64,000 nucleotides of DNA from Tubulanus polymorphus. Lineage: Eukaryota; Animalia; Nemertea. Shown here piece after piece: positions 50,601-64,000 of this stretch. The DNA is taken from positions 9,822,850-9,886,849 of the forward strand of contig NC_134029.1 in assembly GCF_964204645.1 (NCBI RefSeq), in the 5' to 3' direction. Numbering within the stretch: position 1 is the first letter of the stretch; the number at the start of each line of letters is the position of its first letter. A model generated the notes under the pieces. That model was not told the origin of the DNA and did not search any database. It saw nothing but the letters and a program-made list of their open reading frames with translations. Made by a program: the position numbers and the translations under genes.

Positions 50601-53600
50601 ACCACAAATATTAATTGGTGTCGAAATTCCCGAGTCCTCCTTAATAAACACAGAGAGCATCCAGGTCTGTGATTATTTATTCCGCCAACGATGAGCTTAG
50701 GCTAAACAGGGAAGTGTGATGAGATCATCACACTTCCCTGGGCTAAATGAATTGTCTAATGATTTCATAGGGACCTTCAGCTTATTGTTGATTGCGTCTC
50801 TTGCACGGCGTAACTCCTCTTCATCGACCGTTTCCCCGCTTGTTTCGAAACAAGAAACATTGTTTACTTAAACGTAAATCCAGAAACTAACATATTGTTT
50901 CAGGATAGAAACTGTTTATATTTCAATTGTTGCGTGCTATGTAAGAATAGCTAATAATAACCGATAACACAATAACGGATCGACCCATAGTGACTGGCGA
51001 AGGCCTTTTTCCGTGGCCATTTTTTCCGTTCACCACCATGGGTAACGATGCCTAATGATTGGAATATATACTTAGCTTGCATCAATGTTACATTGAATTT
51101 ATGCTAAAACGTTTTTTTACCACTGAGGGATCCAACAATATTAAATGCAAACATCTGGGGAACTCTTACAATTAGATTAAGGAGAAAGGTAAACTGAACC
51201 ATTACTTATGGTTTCCGCAAAGCAAAATTTGTACCTGGGCCTAATCCCCGCCACAAATCAAAATCAAACAGAAATGCTTTTGTTTATTTGCTCATTAGGG
51301 CCTCCTTATGTATAACACTATTTTGATGTTTCCAAACGTATAGATTGTTCGCATGAATACAATACAAGTTTTTACTTAATCTAATCACTGACTAATCACA
51401 ATATACTCAAATGTCTAATCTATACGCCGATGCCTGGTACATTGCTGTAGCTGCGGCTATCATTAGCGACGGATAAATACTATCATACAATATAACGACA
51501 AACAAAGCAGGCAGTATCGGCGCTTCAATAACGCAGGGAATCAGAACCCAATACCACCATACTATGATCAACATTTTATGAATTATATACAATCAAGTAA
51601 ACATTGGTAACTATAATAAATACCTGTAAGCGGTATTTCTTGGATACAATTGTCGTGAGCGCAAATATCGATTGTGTGACTACGCAGTTATTGATATTTT
51701 CATTAATCAGACGATGTGATAGTTCAGGCGATTTTTCTTTGAAAGAGTCTTTTCAAATCGTCTATAGGCTGCGCGCTCGCTTTTCACCGTGTCACGAATG
51801 ATTTTGGAACGCAAACAACATAGATATGTTTTCTCCTCTGATTGATACAAGCGTCGCAGGCACGTGTTTCGCAGGTTTTCTTCTTCGCATGTTAGCCATT
51901 CACTGTTGACGGTATGGCATCGACTTCCTGCGCCAGGACCGGAAATATCTAGTACCCACAAATCTGAATAGGTGTCCAGAGAAAGCGTATAAATGCGTTC
52001 ATGAACTTTTTGTATTGGTATCGTGGCATCGTGTTACTTGACAAATATGATAGGGTTCAAATGTTCGATAATCAACGTTCTTACAAATTACAATTAGTGA
52101 AACGTATTGAGTGACGTATTTTCAAGAATATTTCATAGGGGAGATGATTGAAAAATGTTGCGGATATATTTACCTCTAATTGACCTTTAGTAGATAATCT
52201 ATTCACCAATAATCATGATTAAAGACGAACGTTATATACATAATTGCATCGACAAATCAAAAACAAGTTAAGCTTTTGATTGAAACCTATCGATTCGGGA
52301 AATCATTATCATCGCCAATACAAAGAACCATGGCAATCAATTAGATTTCGATTCGATGATGGCGATGCCCAATTACATCAAACAATATCCCGAAAGACAC
52401 CAAGACACCTCCCAAGCAGAATCGACATGATAGATGGTATTATTGTGGCTAACTCCGATCACACAATTTCAAATCAATTACGAAAGAAAATGTGCTTAGA
52501 ATTATAGCGGGTCATAATTACAGGCGGGTCACGGTCATGTAGTGCATCGCGTATTTTCATTAATTCTTAAAAAGGGTGTTACATGTATTAAGTTGGTATA
52601 ACACTGCTTACTTTTTTTACACAGTTATGCCTTTTAGTTAATAAGTTCCTCTTGGCACATAAAACTACTTCCTTCGAATGACAGGATTCCAAGCACAATA
52701 GACGACACGAATATCTGTAACTGAATTAACTATATTTAGTTGCTTTTCCTACGGGAAATAACCCGCATTAAAAGCTTACATGTGTGTAATGCCACCAACT
52801 CACGCCAGATAGGACGTATTAACGAGAGTTAATACGCCGATGCTCACACCAGAAAAAGGCACCTCATATATTTTATGACGATGACGTGACATGAGGCCAT
52901 GGACCCTTCTAGGCTTGAGTATGGTTACGGGCCGAGGTACATCACTGTGGGCCACAGGAAGCCCTCGATGCATGAATACCCACAGACACCACGTTATGAT
53001 TAGAAAATAAATTGAATACGAAACAAGTAACTTGAAACTTTATTGGCGCCTTGTTATATCAAGTCCCGGCCCTGGGTCAGCGACCTCCCTCACATTTTTA
53101 AGTAAGTCATGGTAACTCACATAGTGCTGCGTAAGGTAATTGCAGTGTTTTGCTCCATTTATAAAGATCTCATATAGATCGCACATAGATATGAATATTA
53201 CCACGCGAAAGGCATTACGTTACCTCGGGGTAATGAATAATCAAAATTTACACGTAGCTCATTAGGATGGACTGGTTATAAAATACGCTAACCTCCCTCG
53301 GCAACGTTTACCGGAATATTTTGGGTGTGGTGTTTGTGGGATAGTTTTGATGTACAAGGCGTCGTCAGTCATCAATTGAGCGTGAATGTTTTCAACGATT
53401 TCAGAATTAGACCGGCGATTGTAATTCGTTTTTTTACGAAAAGTAAAATGTCACCGCACGTAACGAAACGCCTGATTCCGTTTTGTCAATGAAACACAAT
53501 AGTTTATTGTTGAGCGATGATTTGTTTTTCTTCTGAACTTTCTTCGCGCCTGAACGTCATATGATCGACTAAGATATTTATGGACAATTTTTTATTCATG

Positions 53601-56600
53601 TTTATATTGATATAGATTAGGCGCCGCTAGTGGTAATATCATATTTGTATAGTAGTTATTGATCCAGTTAAATCGTGGTCTTGCGCTCAAAGCTTTGACG
53701 TGAGTGGGTTTCGTATATCCTACATGTAATTTCAATAAATATCGCTGTGGCAGGTTCTTAGAATTGTCTCCACTGTACAGATATTTGTATCTATTCATTA
53801 CTCATTACAATACTCATTACAAGAGTTGAATTTTGCATCAACTACTTATTATCGGGATGAAATCATATACACGTTTTTAAGTACTTTAGCAGAGAGATTG
53901 TTAACATTCAACTGAACAGATATCAATTAGGATCTATCTTTTAAAAGTTGCTTCCTTTTCGAATTCGGAATCATGGTATGTGGGTATAGGACAAATATCT
54001 GCATATGATCGCACTGTAAGCTAATATTTTTGTTACGGTACTTTGTTTTGGTTTTGGTTCTTTGACTGTGCAACTGAGCATATATTCATACAAATCATTC
54101 ATTAGAGCATTATCCATTCTCAAACCCCTATGAAGCTGAATTTTGAAAGACTGCCTCGTTAAAATTTATATGAGCTTTTCCGCGAAAATCTGAACTAAAA
54201 GATATCTGTTTTAAAAAGCCAATCAGAAAGCAAATACCCCGCTATGATCGGCATAGCCGCAGAGATCAGCCGGTGTTCACGTGAACCCGCGGTATGGTCT
54301 ACCGTTTTACTTCCGCGTTTTATTTTAACATCTAAAATTGTATTTCAAGATCGATTTCTGTGAAATCTTTAGTTGATTCGGTTTTTGGGAGGAATATTTT
54401 TTATTTGCACTACAGAAAATATTGACAATTATGCTAAGTCCGGGGAAAATAGCTTTTTCTCAAATCGTATGGATGACCTTGATATACTAATTAGCCATGT
54501 GCTCAAACTGCAAATTCAATCATATTTTATACTGCAAAAGAATATTAAAGCCAATTCAATTTTGCTTTATTGAACAAATAAAACATCAAATCCAGTTCCA
54601 TTTTGTTTTATTGAGCAAATTTCAGAAAATTTAATTGTATTCCGCATTCAAATCAATAAGACCAAGGGACAAGATTTATCTGAGGTATTTGTTCTTGCCA
54701 GCTCCAGTCGCTGTCTGTGCTACACATGAAAACAAGATTGTATTGTGTAAATGTAATGGTATGAGCTGGGAGTGGATTTTGACAAATATAACCCACAGAA
54801 TGCATCATTTGCCATTTTATGAAAATCTGACAGGCTGGCCATAGTGCCCCTTCGGGCTCTTGTTGTATGGGCGCTGACGTTAAGCGGCCTTTCTGGCTTT
54901 GCTAGGTCTGTGTGGATTGTATATAATGTTTACATATTGTATTCTATGCAAATAAATATATTGAATTGAATTGAAGTATTGCTTCCAGTCTATACCAATG
55001 GCATTTTTAACGCTTGAGCCCTGAAGGCCTGTTGCGAACAAAATGAATAACGGTTGACTTATCAGACTTGTTTTTTAAAGATTTAGTTTATCGGTACCAT
55101 TTCTTTGGAATGGTCATTAACCCTTAGCCCCAATTTTTTTTTTTTCACTTAACCTACCTCATTTGAAAATGGAAGCGGTCTTGAAATAGGTCTCGGTTGG
55201 TGAAGCCATTATTCATTAAGCGTCACATGTCCTTAATGACAAATTGCCAAGCAATTACTAAAAATGGAATAGATCTTTCTGAGTCTTTCTAGGCGGATCT
55301 AAAAGATACTTGAAAATTGCCAACTTCATATTGAGATTTATTGATGCAAGTCGTTTATAGTTATTATTCTTTCCCTCGTCTTGTTGGGTCATTTCATCGA
55401 CGTATAAAGTAGTTTATCGGTCCATGGTAGCTATCAATAGTCAATTTCCCTCCAGGAAACGTATTTTATGAAAACTATTCGCACCAGGTACGATCATAAA
55501 AAGTATTTGTTCGGATCGGCGTTACAGTCATCTTCCACAAATTCGTAAGAATGTCAGTTCGTACGTGGACTCTGGTTCATGCGTTCAGATGGAGTAGGCC
55601 TACTTTATTTTCGACAACTTTGGCAAAGGTGTTTGAATACATAACAGAAAACCTTAGACAGAGAACCTTATTAATGCAATTTCTGTCCGTAATTTCTCCA
55701 GTGGTATATCTGTACTGTAAATATATCGACAATCTTCGTAAATTTTAATGAGACACTTAATTGATATTCTCTAAAGCTTTTTAAACATACGTCAGATCGG
55801 GTACCCCAGGTCTGAAAAACCTATAGGACACTTGGCGTCTACTTATTGTTTTCATGTCGACCATTTTGTCGCCACAAGCAACAAGGTCGACAGATCTTGG
55901 GTGGAATATTGACTGCACATGTTATTCAGTGTTGCACTTGTTGTGACTGAAGTGCAATGTCTTAACGTCAAAAATATCAGCTTTTAAAGGTAAATGTAAT
56001 GAATCAAACGTCCTGACACTGATAAATTAAATGAGTAAGGCAATATAGAAAAAAAAATCACAACACTGAGATGCGACACGACGACAGCGGCTTTAAATCG
56101 TCAACTGACAAACGGAGGTACAAATTTTACGAGTTACCTTGGTACAATTGTACGAACTAGGTCGAAGAAAAAACATGTTCAACTGATCATCGGCGCGCTA
56201 ACAAGAAACAAGAGTTTGTTTACTGGAGTAAAAATCGACATCCGATTAGTGTCTGATGCTAAATATCAGTCTCGAAAGTTATCAGTCAAAAACAAACACA
56301 GCTTATATGCACGGCCGCCTAATTGAATTAAGGATATGCTTGCGTTTCTTTTTTAAAATTAGCATCGCCTACGGTGCGAGAAGTCTTGGCATTTCAACAA
56401 CTGTAAAGAAGCATTGAAAGCTTTTTGCTACAAAGCACAGCGTTGTCCAATCGATTTTCTAGCCATTCGTTTCGAATTTCCTTCTTCAACTTTTCCCTTT
56501 TATATATTCTTTGTTACTCTTTGCACTCCAACGCAAGAAAAGGTCAACGAATCCACAAAACTGGGATCATAAGTTGGCCGCAAGCCACATTCTGCAATTA

Positions 56601-59600
56601 GAGAATATTCGAAGACAACTTCCTATAAACGAAAACATATCGTGAAATGTCTGATCATTTTCGGTTCAAAATTTGATGGCATAAATACGCTTGTTATACT
56701 TATGATTACTTATAATACTTACACAATATAATCTTACATAACTGAAGATTTAGAAGTGAACCCGGTGATTCATATTGTGCTAAAGATCGAATAATAGAAC
56801 ACAGAAAAACTAAGTAAATTATCAGGCCGTTTTAGGCTTGTTCAAAAACAAGGTACATGTCATGAAATTCTTGTAAAGCGAAAAAAGAAACTTATGTCTG
56901 ACGCACGCATGTCCTTAACAAATTCTACGCATAACGTTTAGCCCTCTTTGGGACTAAAGTCCAAGCAGACTATTGCATTCACTTTTCGCCCGTCGTCCAC
57001 CATCCGTTCGATTGTCCGTAGACGGAATCCAGATATTTTGGATTCAGTAGTTTTAAAGACGCTTCGATGGGTTGTCTTGATATTTGGTCTATACATGACG
57101 TATCTACCTTAGACACTTCTGCAGCCCAATAACCTGGCCCGATCAGAATCTGGATTGCCGACTGGTAGCCATACATGACCGCTAAAGTCAGCACTTTTTG
57201 ACACATTTTCACACGTTTCAAGGGAAATTTTGAAGACGATTCACCTGTTGCTTTGATATTTCATATGGATATATGTAATCCTGGGATCCGTCACCATAGA
57301 AAAATTGGGTCGATTTAACATTTTAAGTACCCAAAGAGCTTATGGTATATTTTTCGTTGAAATTCGTTGATATTTTCGTTATTTTTAATTTGTTCACCAG
57401 GGGGCGTTGATTATTGAATTGACAGATTTTCAAGCATTTCACCGTGTCGGCATGGCGTCCCTGACAGGGCCCCAGTTGAAATTCTCAACGAGCCCAAACC
57501 CATCTGCGATCACCAGCAGATTTTTATGATTTCATTTTATATACAGTCACATAAGATAAAATTGCTAATGATAGATTCATCTCAAACACTAGCCGACTTC
57601 AAGCGTTAATGCGACGAAATACCCCCCGGGTGTCAGTGCTCTACGACAATGAACCGAGGTAACAATGCCACAGGTAAAAATTCCAAAGGTAAAAATTCAC
57701 CATAGGTAAAATGTCAGAAGGAAATATGCAACAATTAAAGTGAGCATGATCTTCTATTTACAATGGTCATACATTCTTATTTACACTGGTTGACAATTCG
57801 ATTATCAAATTGAATGCACAATACAGATATGACATACTTCTAGATTTATGAAAATTACAAAGTGAATGCAAAGTGATATATATATACTGCAGCAGAGTCA
57901 TTGCTTATTTTTAATGATCGGTCAAATTAAAAAGGTTTTGGTGGGATTGTACTTAAGTGAAATTTGAAAAGCTAGTGTGTCGTAATTTACAATATACAAT
58001 TTACAATCAAATGCATAGTTTATAAGAAAATCTGCCAAACGAGTGCACTGAAATTGATCAAATCAAACGTTTCGTTGAAAAAGCATTAAATCAAAATTAT
58101 GTATTGATTGTAATGAAATAATATTTAATTGTTAAATCTTACATAGATCACCGTCGAAATACATATCTATCATTTATGTGTATATAACCTACAGGCATTT
58201 TTACCTCTCGCACACTTTCTTCCTCTGGAATTTACCTCTGACATTTCTATCTATGGCGTTATTGCCTATAGCATTATCACCGAGACGTGGGGGTGTGCGC
58301 CCAGGTTTACATTTACATTTGTATATTGCCATGCAATCGAAGTAGATTGACGTAGTAGGAATAGTCCGAGTCTGCCTGTGTGTGCATTTGTGTGTGTGTG
58401 TATGTGTGTATGTGATTGCCAAAGCAAATTGAGCATATATTGACGACGTTTTGAACGTTTTTGTCCTCGTTGATATATCGCTTTTGTATCGAAGATACGA
58501 CATTCGCGGGAATTTATAGCCGCAGTCGGGCTGCTAGTAAATGTGATTATGCAAACGGTTGGATCAATCATCTGCGACCAGTCAATCACCAATAAATCTA
58601 TGTTGAATTAAGCTATCTACCTGCCTCACTGGAACAATTAATAAAGCGGCGTCCGTGAATTTGAGCGATTGCAACGCACCATGTCCGGAATGTCGCTTCC
58701 GATAAGGCCAGACGGATCGAGAGTCTTTGCACGCGGCCTCCGGTTAAAATTCATCTGTGCTGTGGTTTTTACTCGTCTTGAGGCCGAAAATCAGACCAAA
58801 TTTAACCATCGACATCCGGGAACTGAACGTTCCGGGAACATCCGGGTCCGAACTGGCAAGCTAGTTTTCAAATTGTCAACAAATAAAAGGAAATAACAAA
58901 TCCGAAGATAGTTAATTATATTCATTATTGGGATTGAATGATATTCGGCGCAATTATCATTCTTATTCACTTACGTCTTTAGGTTCAGATATTAATCATT
59001 CCTAGATTAGAATTAGATTTATATTCACATCTATTGCTCCAGAAACGTTTATAATTCATACGAGCACAGGATACAGAAATGTACAAGTTTACAGTTATAT
59101 GTGCGTAATTTTATACTGCAGATTTTATATTTCGCATCAAATAGCTACGTAGTTAATTACACAGCGATGGCTACATGAGGCTATCTGCCTTTATATTTAT
59201 GGCAGATAAGCTCCACCAGGTACAAGGCAGTTAGGTTAAAAAAGAAATCCACCATTAAAACTAAGAGAGTATTGACGTTATGAACAAATTTTTAGCCTTT
59301 TTCAATACGAAACTGGCTTACCGAGTTTAAACGTCGCTATTCTCTCGGTTTTCGTCATAAATTTGAATTTTTTCATCAATTGGACTTAAGTGACAGTGGA
59401 AACCGAGGTAGTCAGACTTTATGTATAGGGGAATTTTATACGCATGTTGTAGTCACAATTATGACCAAAGTGTCAGTCCGAACTGGCCCAAACGCGGATC
59501 GCTGATAAAAAAACTCCGTAGTAAATAAGGGCGTCAATACCACGGTAAACATTAGAACCAAATCGTTATAAAGATTAAAATCGATGATCGATGATCAACA

Positions 59601-62600
59601 AAAGTGAGACGGCAAGGACCCAACGCCGTCGAAAGCAAAATACGACTATAGTCCTCCTCAACTGTAATCAATCAACTACGTGCTTTAAACTCTATATGCA
59701 AGTAACGTCAATTTCTTCAAATCCCCTAAATCCACTTGGTAAGGCGCAAATCGTTTACCCAATCGAGTTAATCCCTTCAATTTGCGTAGAAATCTATTCG
59801 ATTTCACGTGTTTAATTTTTTACAATAATCTCGTTTCGTTGCAGGTTGCCGCGCTGGAAGGTTATTGTAGAGCAGCAAGAGAGTACTGCAATTCTGGGCA
59901 TACAGCAGCAGGTTTTTAAGTTTATATACATCACATTTCTCGTAATACTAACGATAAAACGAGCCAGTAAGCTCTGACGTTGGATACTCATTTGCAAAGT
60001 TGTTTATTTTTATGAAAGAGAAATATACCAATCTGTGTGTTATCAATCTATAGCCCACATATTCGATATATCGCCATTCTCCCAATTTTGATTATACAGG
60101 CTTCACATTCATTATCTTACCCAATTATTGATTGAAAAAAAGATTAATCGAATGAACTAAAAACACCTGACACCAGTCAAATCATCTCCGCATTGTGAAA
60201 TAGTGATCACGAATAGTAAATGTCTCATATGAATAAGGGGAGGGGGTGGTTCAGGTAAATTGAAGCCCACATAAAGCAAGCAAGACGTACTCGGCGGCAT
60301 TCACGTGTTCGAGTTTCACTGATCGGACAGAAATATTTGAAAGTGCAATAACTACGTATAACTACAGTAAAAAGTAGAATTGCATTAATATTCTACTCAT
60401 TAATCTCAGTTTTGCAGTTTAAATGACAAAAACGAAACCAAACGGGAATTCCTACAAAACTTAAGAATGATTCTCATTAATGGGTCCCGACATTAACAAT
60501 GCTTGGGTACGATACAGCCAGTGAAGAAAGGCCTGTAAAGTAATAAAAATCGCCATGTGAATGAATATCTACTCAAATATGTTTCAGAAATATTGTATGC
60601 GATTGTATATAATGGGAATTGTTGTGTATTTACACAACGATAGTTACACAACTAATGAATGAATTGAGTGAAAATAATATTTTTTCAGGTGTTGGCGGAA
60701 GAAGTACAATCAGAGCTTCGGCCAGACGAACATCAGGTAAAGCTATTAGTGAGTCACTTAAAGTGGAGTTTCTTATCGAAGTAAATTGATCCAATTCGAT
60801 CTGCACACTCGATTACGAACTTTAAGTGGCCAAAAACCAAGGATATTCACTTTCCGGAGATAGAGAATGAGAGAGGGGGTGAGGGCAAGAGTTGGATATT
60901 GAGAGGAGTTCCTCATTTCCTACGACGGGAAAAAACAAATTATACTTCGACGTTGAAATAACGTTAAGTGATTTTGGTTTGTCACTGAAAGTTCTAAAAT
61001 GTGAATTGTAACATGTTAACTAATTCACAGTGGGTCTTGATGCATTAATCAGCTAAAATTAAGAGTTCATTGTGAAATCTATAACAGTTTTACAACAACA
61101 ACAACAAACGGGCTGCATATCAGTGATCAATAGGAGAATAAAGCATATGAAATCATATTTCATTGCATCATCCGACCGTAGATTGCAGTCGCGTAATACG
61201 CAAATGTAATGAAAAAAACGCAATGAAAGCCATATACGGCAACAGTATATCACTGACTGGTCATCCAGAAACGAAAACAGTGATATCTTATAAGTTTTAA
61301 AACAAGCGGCCAGTCCATCTTGAATATTTAAAAGACTTGCCAATTCATGGCCTCATTTACAATACGGGTATGAATCTACCGCAAAAATCATGAACTCACT
61401 AAAATGATAATCCATACAGCTAAAATCAATTTTGAAAGAGAAAAATGCGATGCGTATGTATAGGCGCCTTTTAAATAGCGAACCTCACTCAGGCCCTCAG
61501 GTCTTTTCATGAATCATTTATTTGAGCATGAAGTTAAGCTAAACCACCTTCAAGTCGAATCTCGGAAATCTTAATAATCAGGTAATGATCTCCATATCCA
61601 AGCGAAAGGGGTAAAATAAGTAGCCTGAAGGTATTAACGATTTTTTGTGATCGCTTTATCATATATCCACACACAACGATAACAACCCGCTGTAGAATAC
61701 AGCAATATTGCAGACAAAAAGATCTATCATATCTGCATCGAGACTTCGACATTACCCAAAAGAAGCCTCAATTGCGTTTAAAATGGTTTCTTGTGAAATT
61801 GTCTAAATTGTCGCCACTTCAAAGGATCTGAGAATGAAGGCGTGCAAATAACTATAAATTGCGGGACAAAACCGATCGTGTCTACTAAGAGTGTACGCAC
61901 GATAAGTTAGATTCAGTGGTAACCGGTAAAATCCCCCCCCCAATTCAGTTTTTTAATTAGAATGGAGTTATTGGTTGTACATACTTGAATGGACTGATGA
62001 TTACTTCATCCGCTTATGAGGTTATGTTTTGCCCTCGTTCATCTGTAAGCAAAATCTTATCCGTGTTGGCAAAATAACTCAAAAAGTTATAAACGTGTGA
62101 AATCTTCTTCAAGAATTTCTCTTTACACGTCAAGTCTAAATCGGGATTTTGAATAAAAGATGCACCTCGTCATAATCTATATCTTTATGTCACTAAATCA
62201 GGATTCCACTTGAATAAGATATTCCATTTTCAAGTGATTGCCCTTAATTAGATAGTAGTTTGATTCTACACACTGACTTTGAATCATCAAATTCAATCAT
62301 CCAACTCGTATCCCTGGGAATTAAAATGTTGTCGCTAGAGTATGTATTCCTTCTTATGCTTTTGGTGATCACTGGCATAAGGAAGTAGCATTAGAATTGT
62401 GAAATCGAATTCTTTCATGATCAACACGAGAATACTGACAAATTTTGTTGTGAAATTTAACTTTTTCTTACTTTTTTCCCTACATTCCTTAGAAAAGACT
62501 CGGTGTAACCTACTGCAGTGTCCAGTCTTTGTTCTAAAGCTTCTAAAAATTTCAAGATTTTAGTATCGAACTTAAATTAAACGTATTTATTAAGTTCGGT

Positions 62601-63826
62601 CTTTGGCGTGGATTTAAGCCGACCTGTGCGCTTCCGACCGCGGCGTGAACACCGAATCTGAATGATGGTAAAAATCCCCAAATCCGACAAAGACTGCCTT
62701 GGATAGACCAAAGACCTACCAACGAAGTAGGTTATACTGAGCTTGTTCTTAATGGCACCTGTAATTTTTGCTCGTCGAGTTAAAAGGAATTTTCACGGTA
62801 TCGGAAGGAAATGCCATCAATAACAAAACCGATGAGTACACTACAAAGGTTTCGTTTTTCTGGACGATTTGAGTGATTGATGTCGGTGCAAGTGTGTTCC
62901 ATGCCGATTACGCAGAAACCAATTAAAACACCGTTAAAACTGCACTCTTAGACATTCCGAAGTTAATGAAGAAAACACCATAGAATACACGTGGGTTTTA
63001 ATTGTTGCAGGGTTATTTTCGTCGACAAATTCCTTATTCGAACAGGTTATCGAAAGGTAAACTAAGGAGATGAACAAACGTTTTATCAAGTAACCGGTAT
63101 ATGTAGGAATTAGACACCGGCATTTTATACAAATATATCTGGACCGACCCCACTATCGAATATGTATTATGTCAGCTATTCTAATAAATGTCTTAAAACT
63201 CCCGAATCAATTTTATCCCTTTAAAATATTCTTTTCTGAATTTGCATTATTTTATACCAATCCTTTAAATCTCATATATCTATAGCGGATGAACCAAGAG
63301 CTGCTGCAAAGCCTACTGACGGAAATTTGGGGCCACCTGGACCACCTGGCCCTCCGGGTCCACCAGGTGCTCCTGGCATAAAGGGTACGTGCAATAGACG
63401 CGTGTAAATGCGATAATCGGTCCTGACTTACGTCCTTTTTAGCAACCACTAATTGCATTATATTATATCATATAAACGAAATTAGGCCTAATGAGATCGT
63501 AGTCCAGTATAGTATTCGCTTTCTCTGACATTGTGCCGGTATGAGAATAAAATGCGCACGGATTTGCTGCCGAGCACAATGTGGATTCTCAACAGTAAGT
63601 CATACCCAATCTATCACGATATAGCCGTTGGTACCATAGCTAGTAATTCTAACGACTAGCTACGTTACTTCGAACCGGTCTCAGGAAAAGTCATTTTCTT
63701 CTACCTTAAATTAATCAGGCGACGACGGAGTACAAGGACCGATGGGTGCGAATGGTATCGATGGATTACCAGGACCAGTCGGACCGAAAGGCGAGCGAGG
63801 CGCAACCGGACGGCAAGGCAAACGAG
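47628..63826 (+). CDS. Type II transmembrane collagen (gliomedin/colmedin-like), 5' part. Exons 47628-48023, candidate 60689-60736, candidate 63011-63056, 63286-63384, 63719-63826; continues beyond the window
   Basis: Short cytoplasmic tail, TM segment [21 protein letters not shown], short coiled coil, furin site RRVKR and WMSSYSRIP motif. Downstream Gly-X-Y exons of 99 and 108 nt ([16 protein letters not shown]; [28 protein letters not shown]). Linking exon 1 to the collagen exons is inferred. Confidence 0.8.
49560..49943 (+). mobile_element. Probable decayed LINE 3' end
   Basis: ORF-end-like [13 protein letters not shown], a T-rich UTR, then aataaa followed by an (AACTTG)-like tail. Confidence 0.4.
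50707..50740. mobile_element. 34-bp perfect hairpin, minimal hAT-like element
   Basis: CAGGGAAGTGTGATGA-GA-TCATCACACTTCCCTG, flanked by the direct repeat GGCTAAA. Confidence 0.65.
54815..54975 (+). mobile_element. 5'-truncated LINE/SINE 3' end
   Basis: GC-rich hairpin gccc-cttc-gggc, then aataaa and a (TTGAA)3 tail. Confidence 0.5.
57653..58285. mobile_element. Decayed TIR element with inverted subterminal repeats
   Basis: aggtaaaa(attcc) three times on the left; inverted (ggaat)ttacct repeats on the right; AT-rich interior. Confidence 0.45.
58377..58414. repeat. Imperfect (TG)n microsatellite
   Basis: Read directly from the sequence. Confidence 0.75.
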
Positions 63827-64000
63827 GTGTGTATATAGACTGTTCCAAATAAGCGTGAGATTTTCAGCTTTGAAGATTTTTGGCTATGCCTTTAAACAGT
63901 ATTTATCATTAAGGCATGGCCCGAGACGTTCGATGATTTTATCTAGCATAGATGATGTGAATCTTCTTCTCAGCATGGAGCATTTTTGAGAATTTTGAAA

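Noticed and set aside
48024-60688. Many 60-110 aa ORFs in the large collagen intron
   Set aside because: No recognisable motifs, most have non-ATG starts, and their lengths are as expected by chance.

Overview
AT-rich eukaryotic genomic DNA with spliceosomal introns, from a metazoan and probably an invertebrate. The taxon cannot be fixed from this window. Six host genes were reconstructed by hand from splice sites and reading phase. (1) A minus-strand ammonium transporter (Amt) whose 3' end runs off the left edge; it has two alternative TM1-encoding first exons, one adding a signal peptide and a furin-type propeptide. (2) A plus-strand caveolin with an intronless CDS. (3, 4) Two tandem minus-strand SLC7/LAT-type amino-acid transporter light chains with identical exon architecture and patchy exon-limited near-identity. 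(5) A small two-exon plus-strand orphan gene carrying several PKI-like RRxx pseudosubstrate motifs. (6) The 5' part of a type II transmembrane collagen (gliomedin/colmedin-like) that runs off the right edge. Mobile DNA includes a near-full-length CR1/L2-group LINE antisense in an Amt intron (ORF1 combines an RRM-like region, CCHC knuckles and an SGNH esterase), a 1.9-kb foldback element with a 22-bp satellite and 6-bp TSD, several MITEs and LINE 3' remnants. All coordinates were read by eye and no searches were run.
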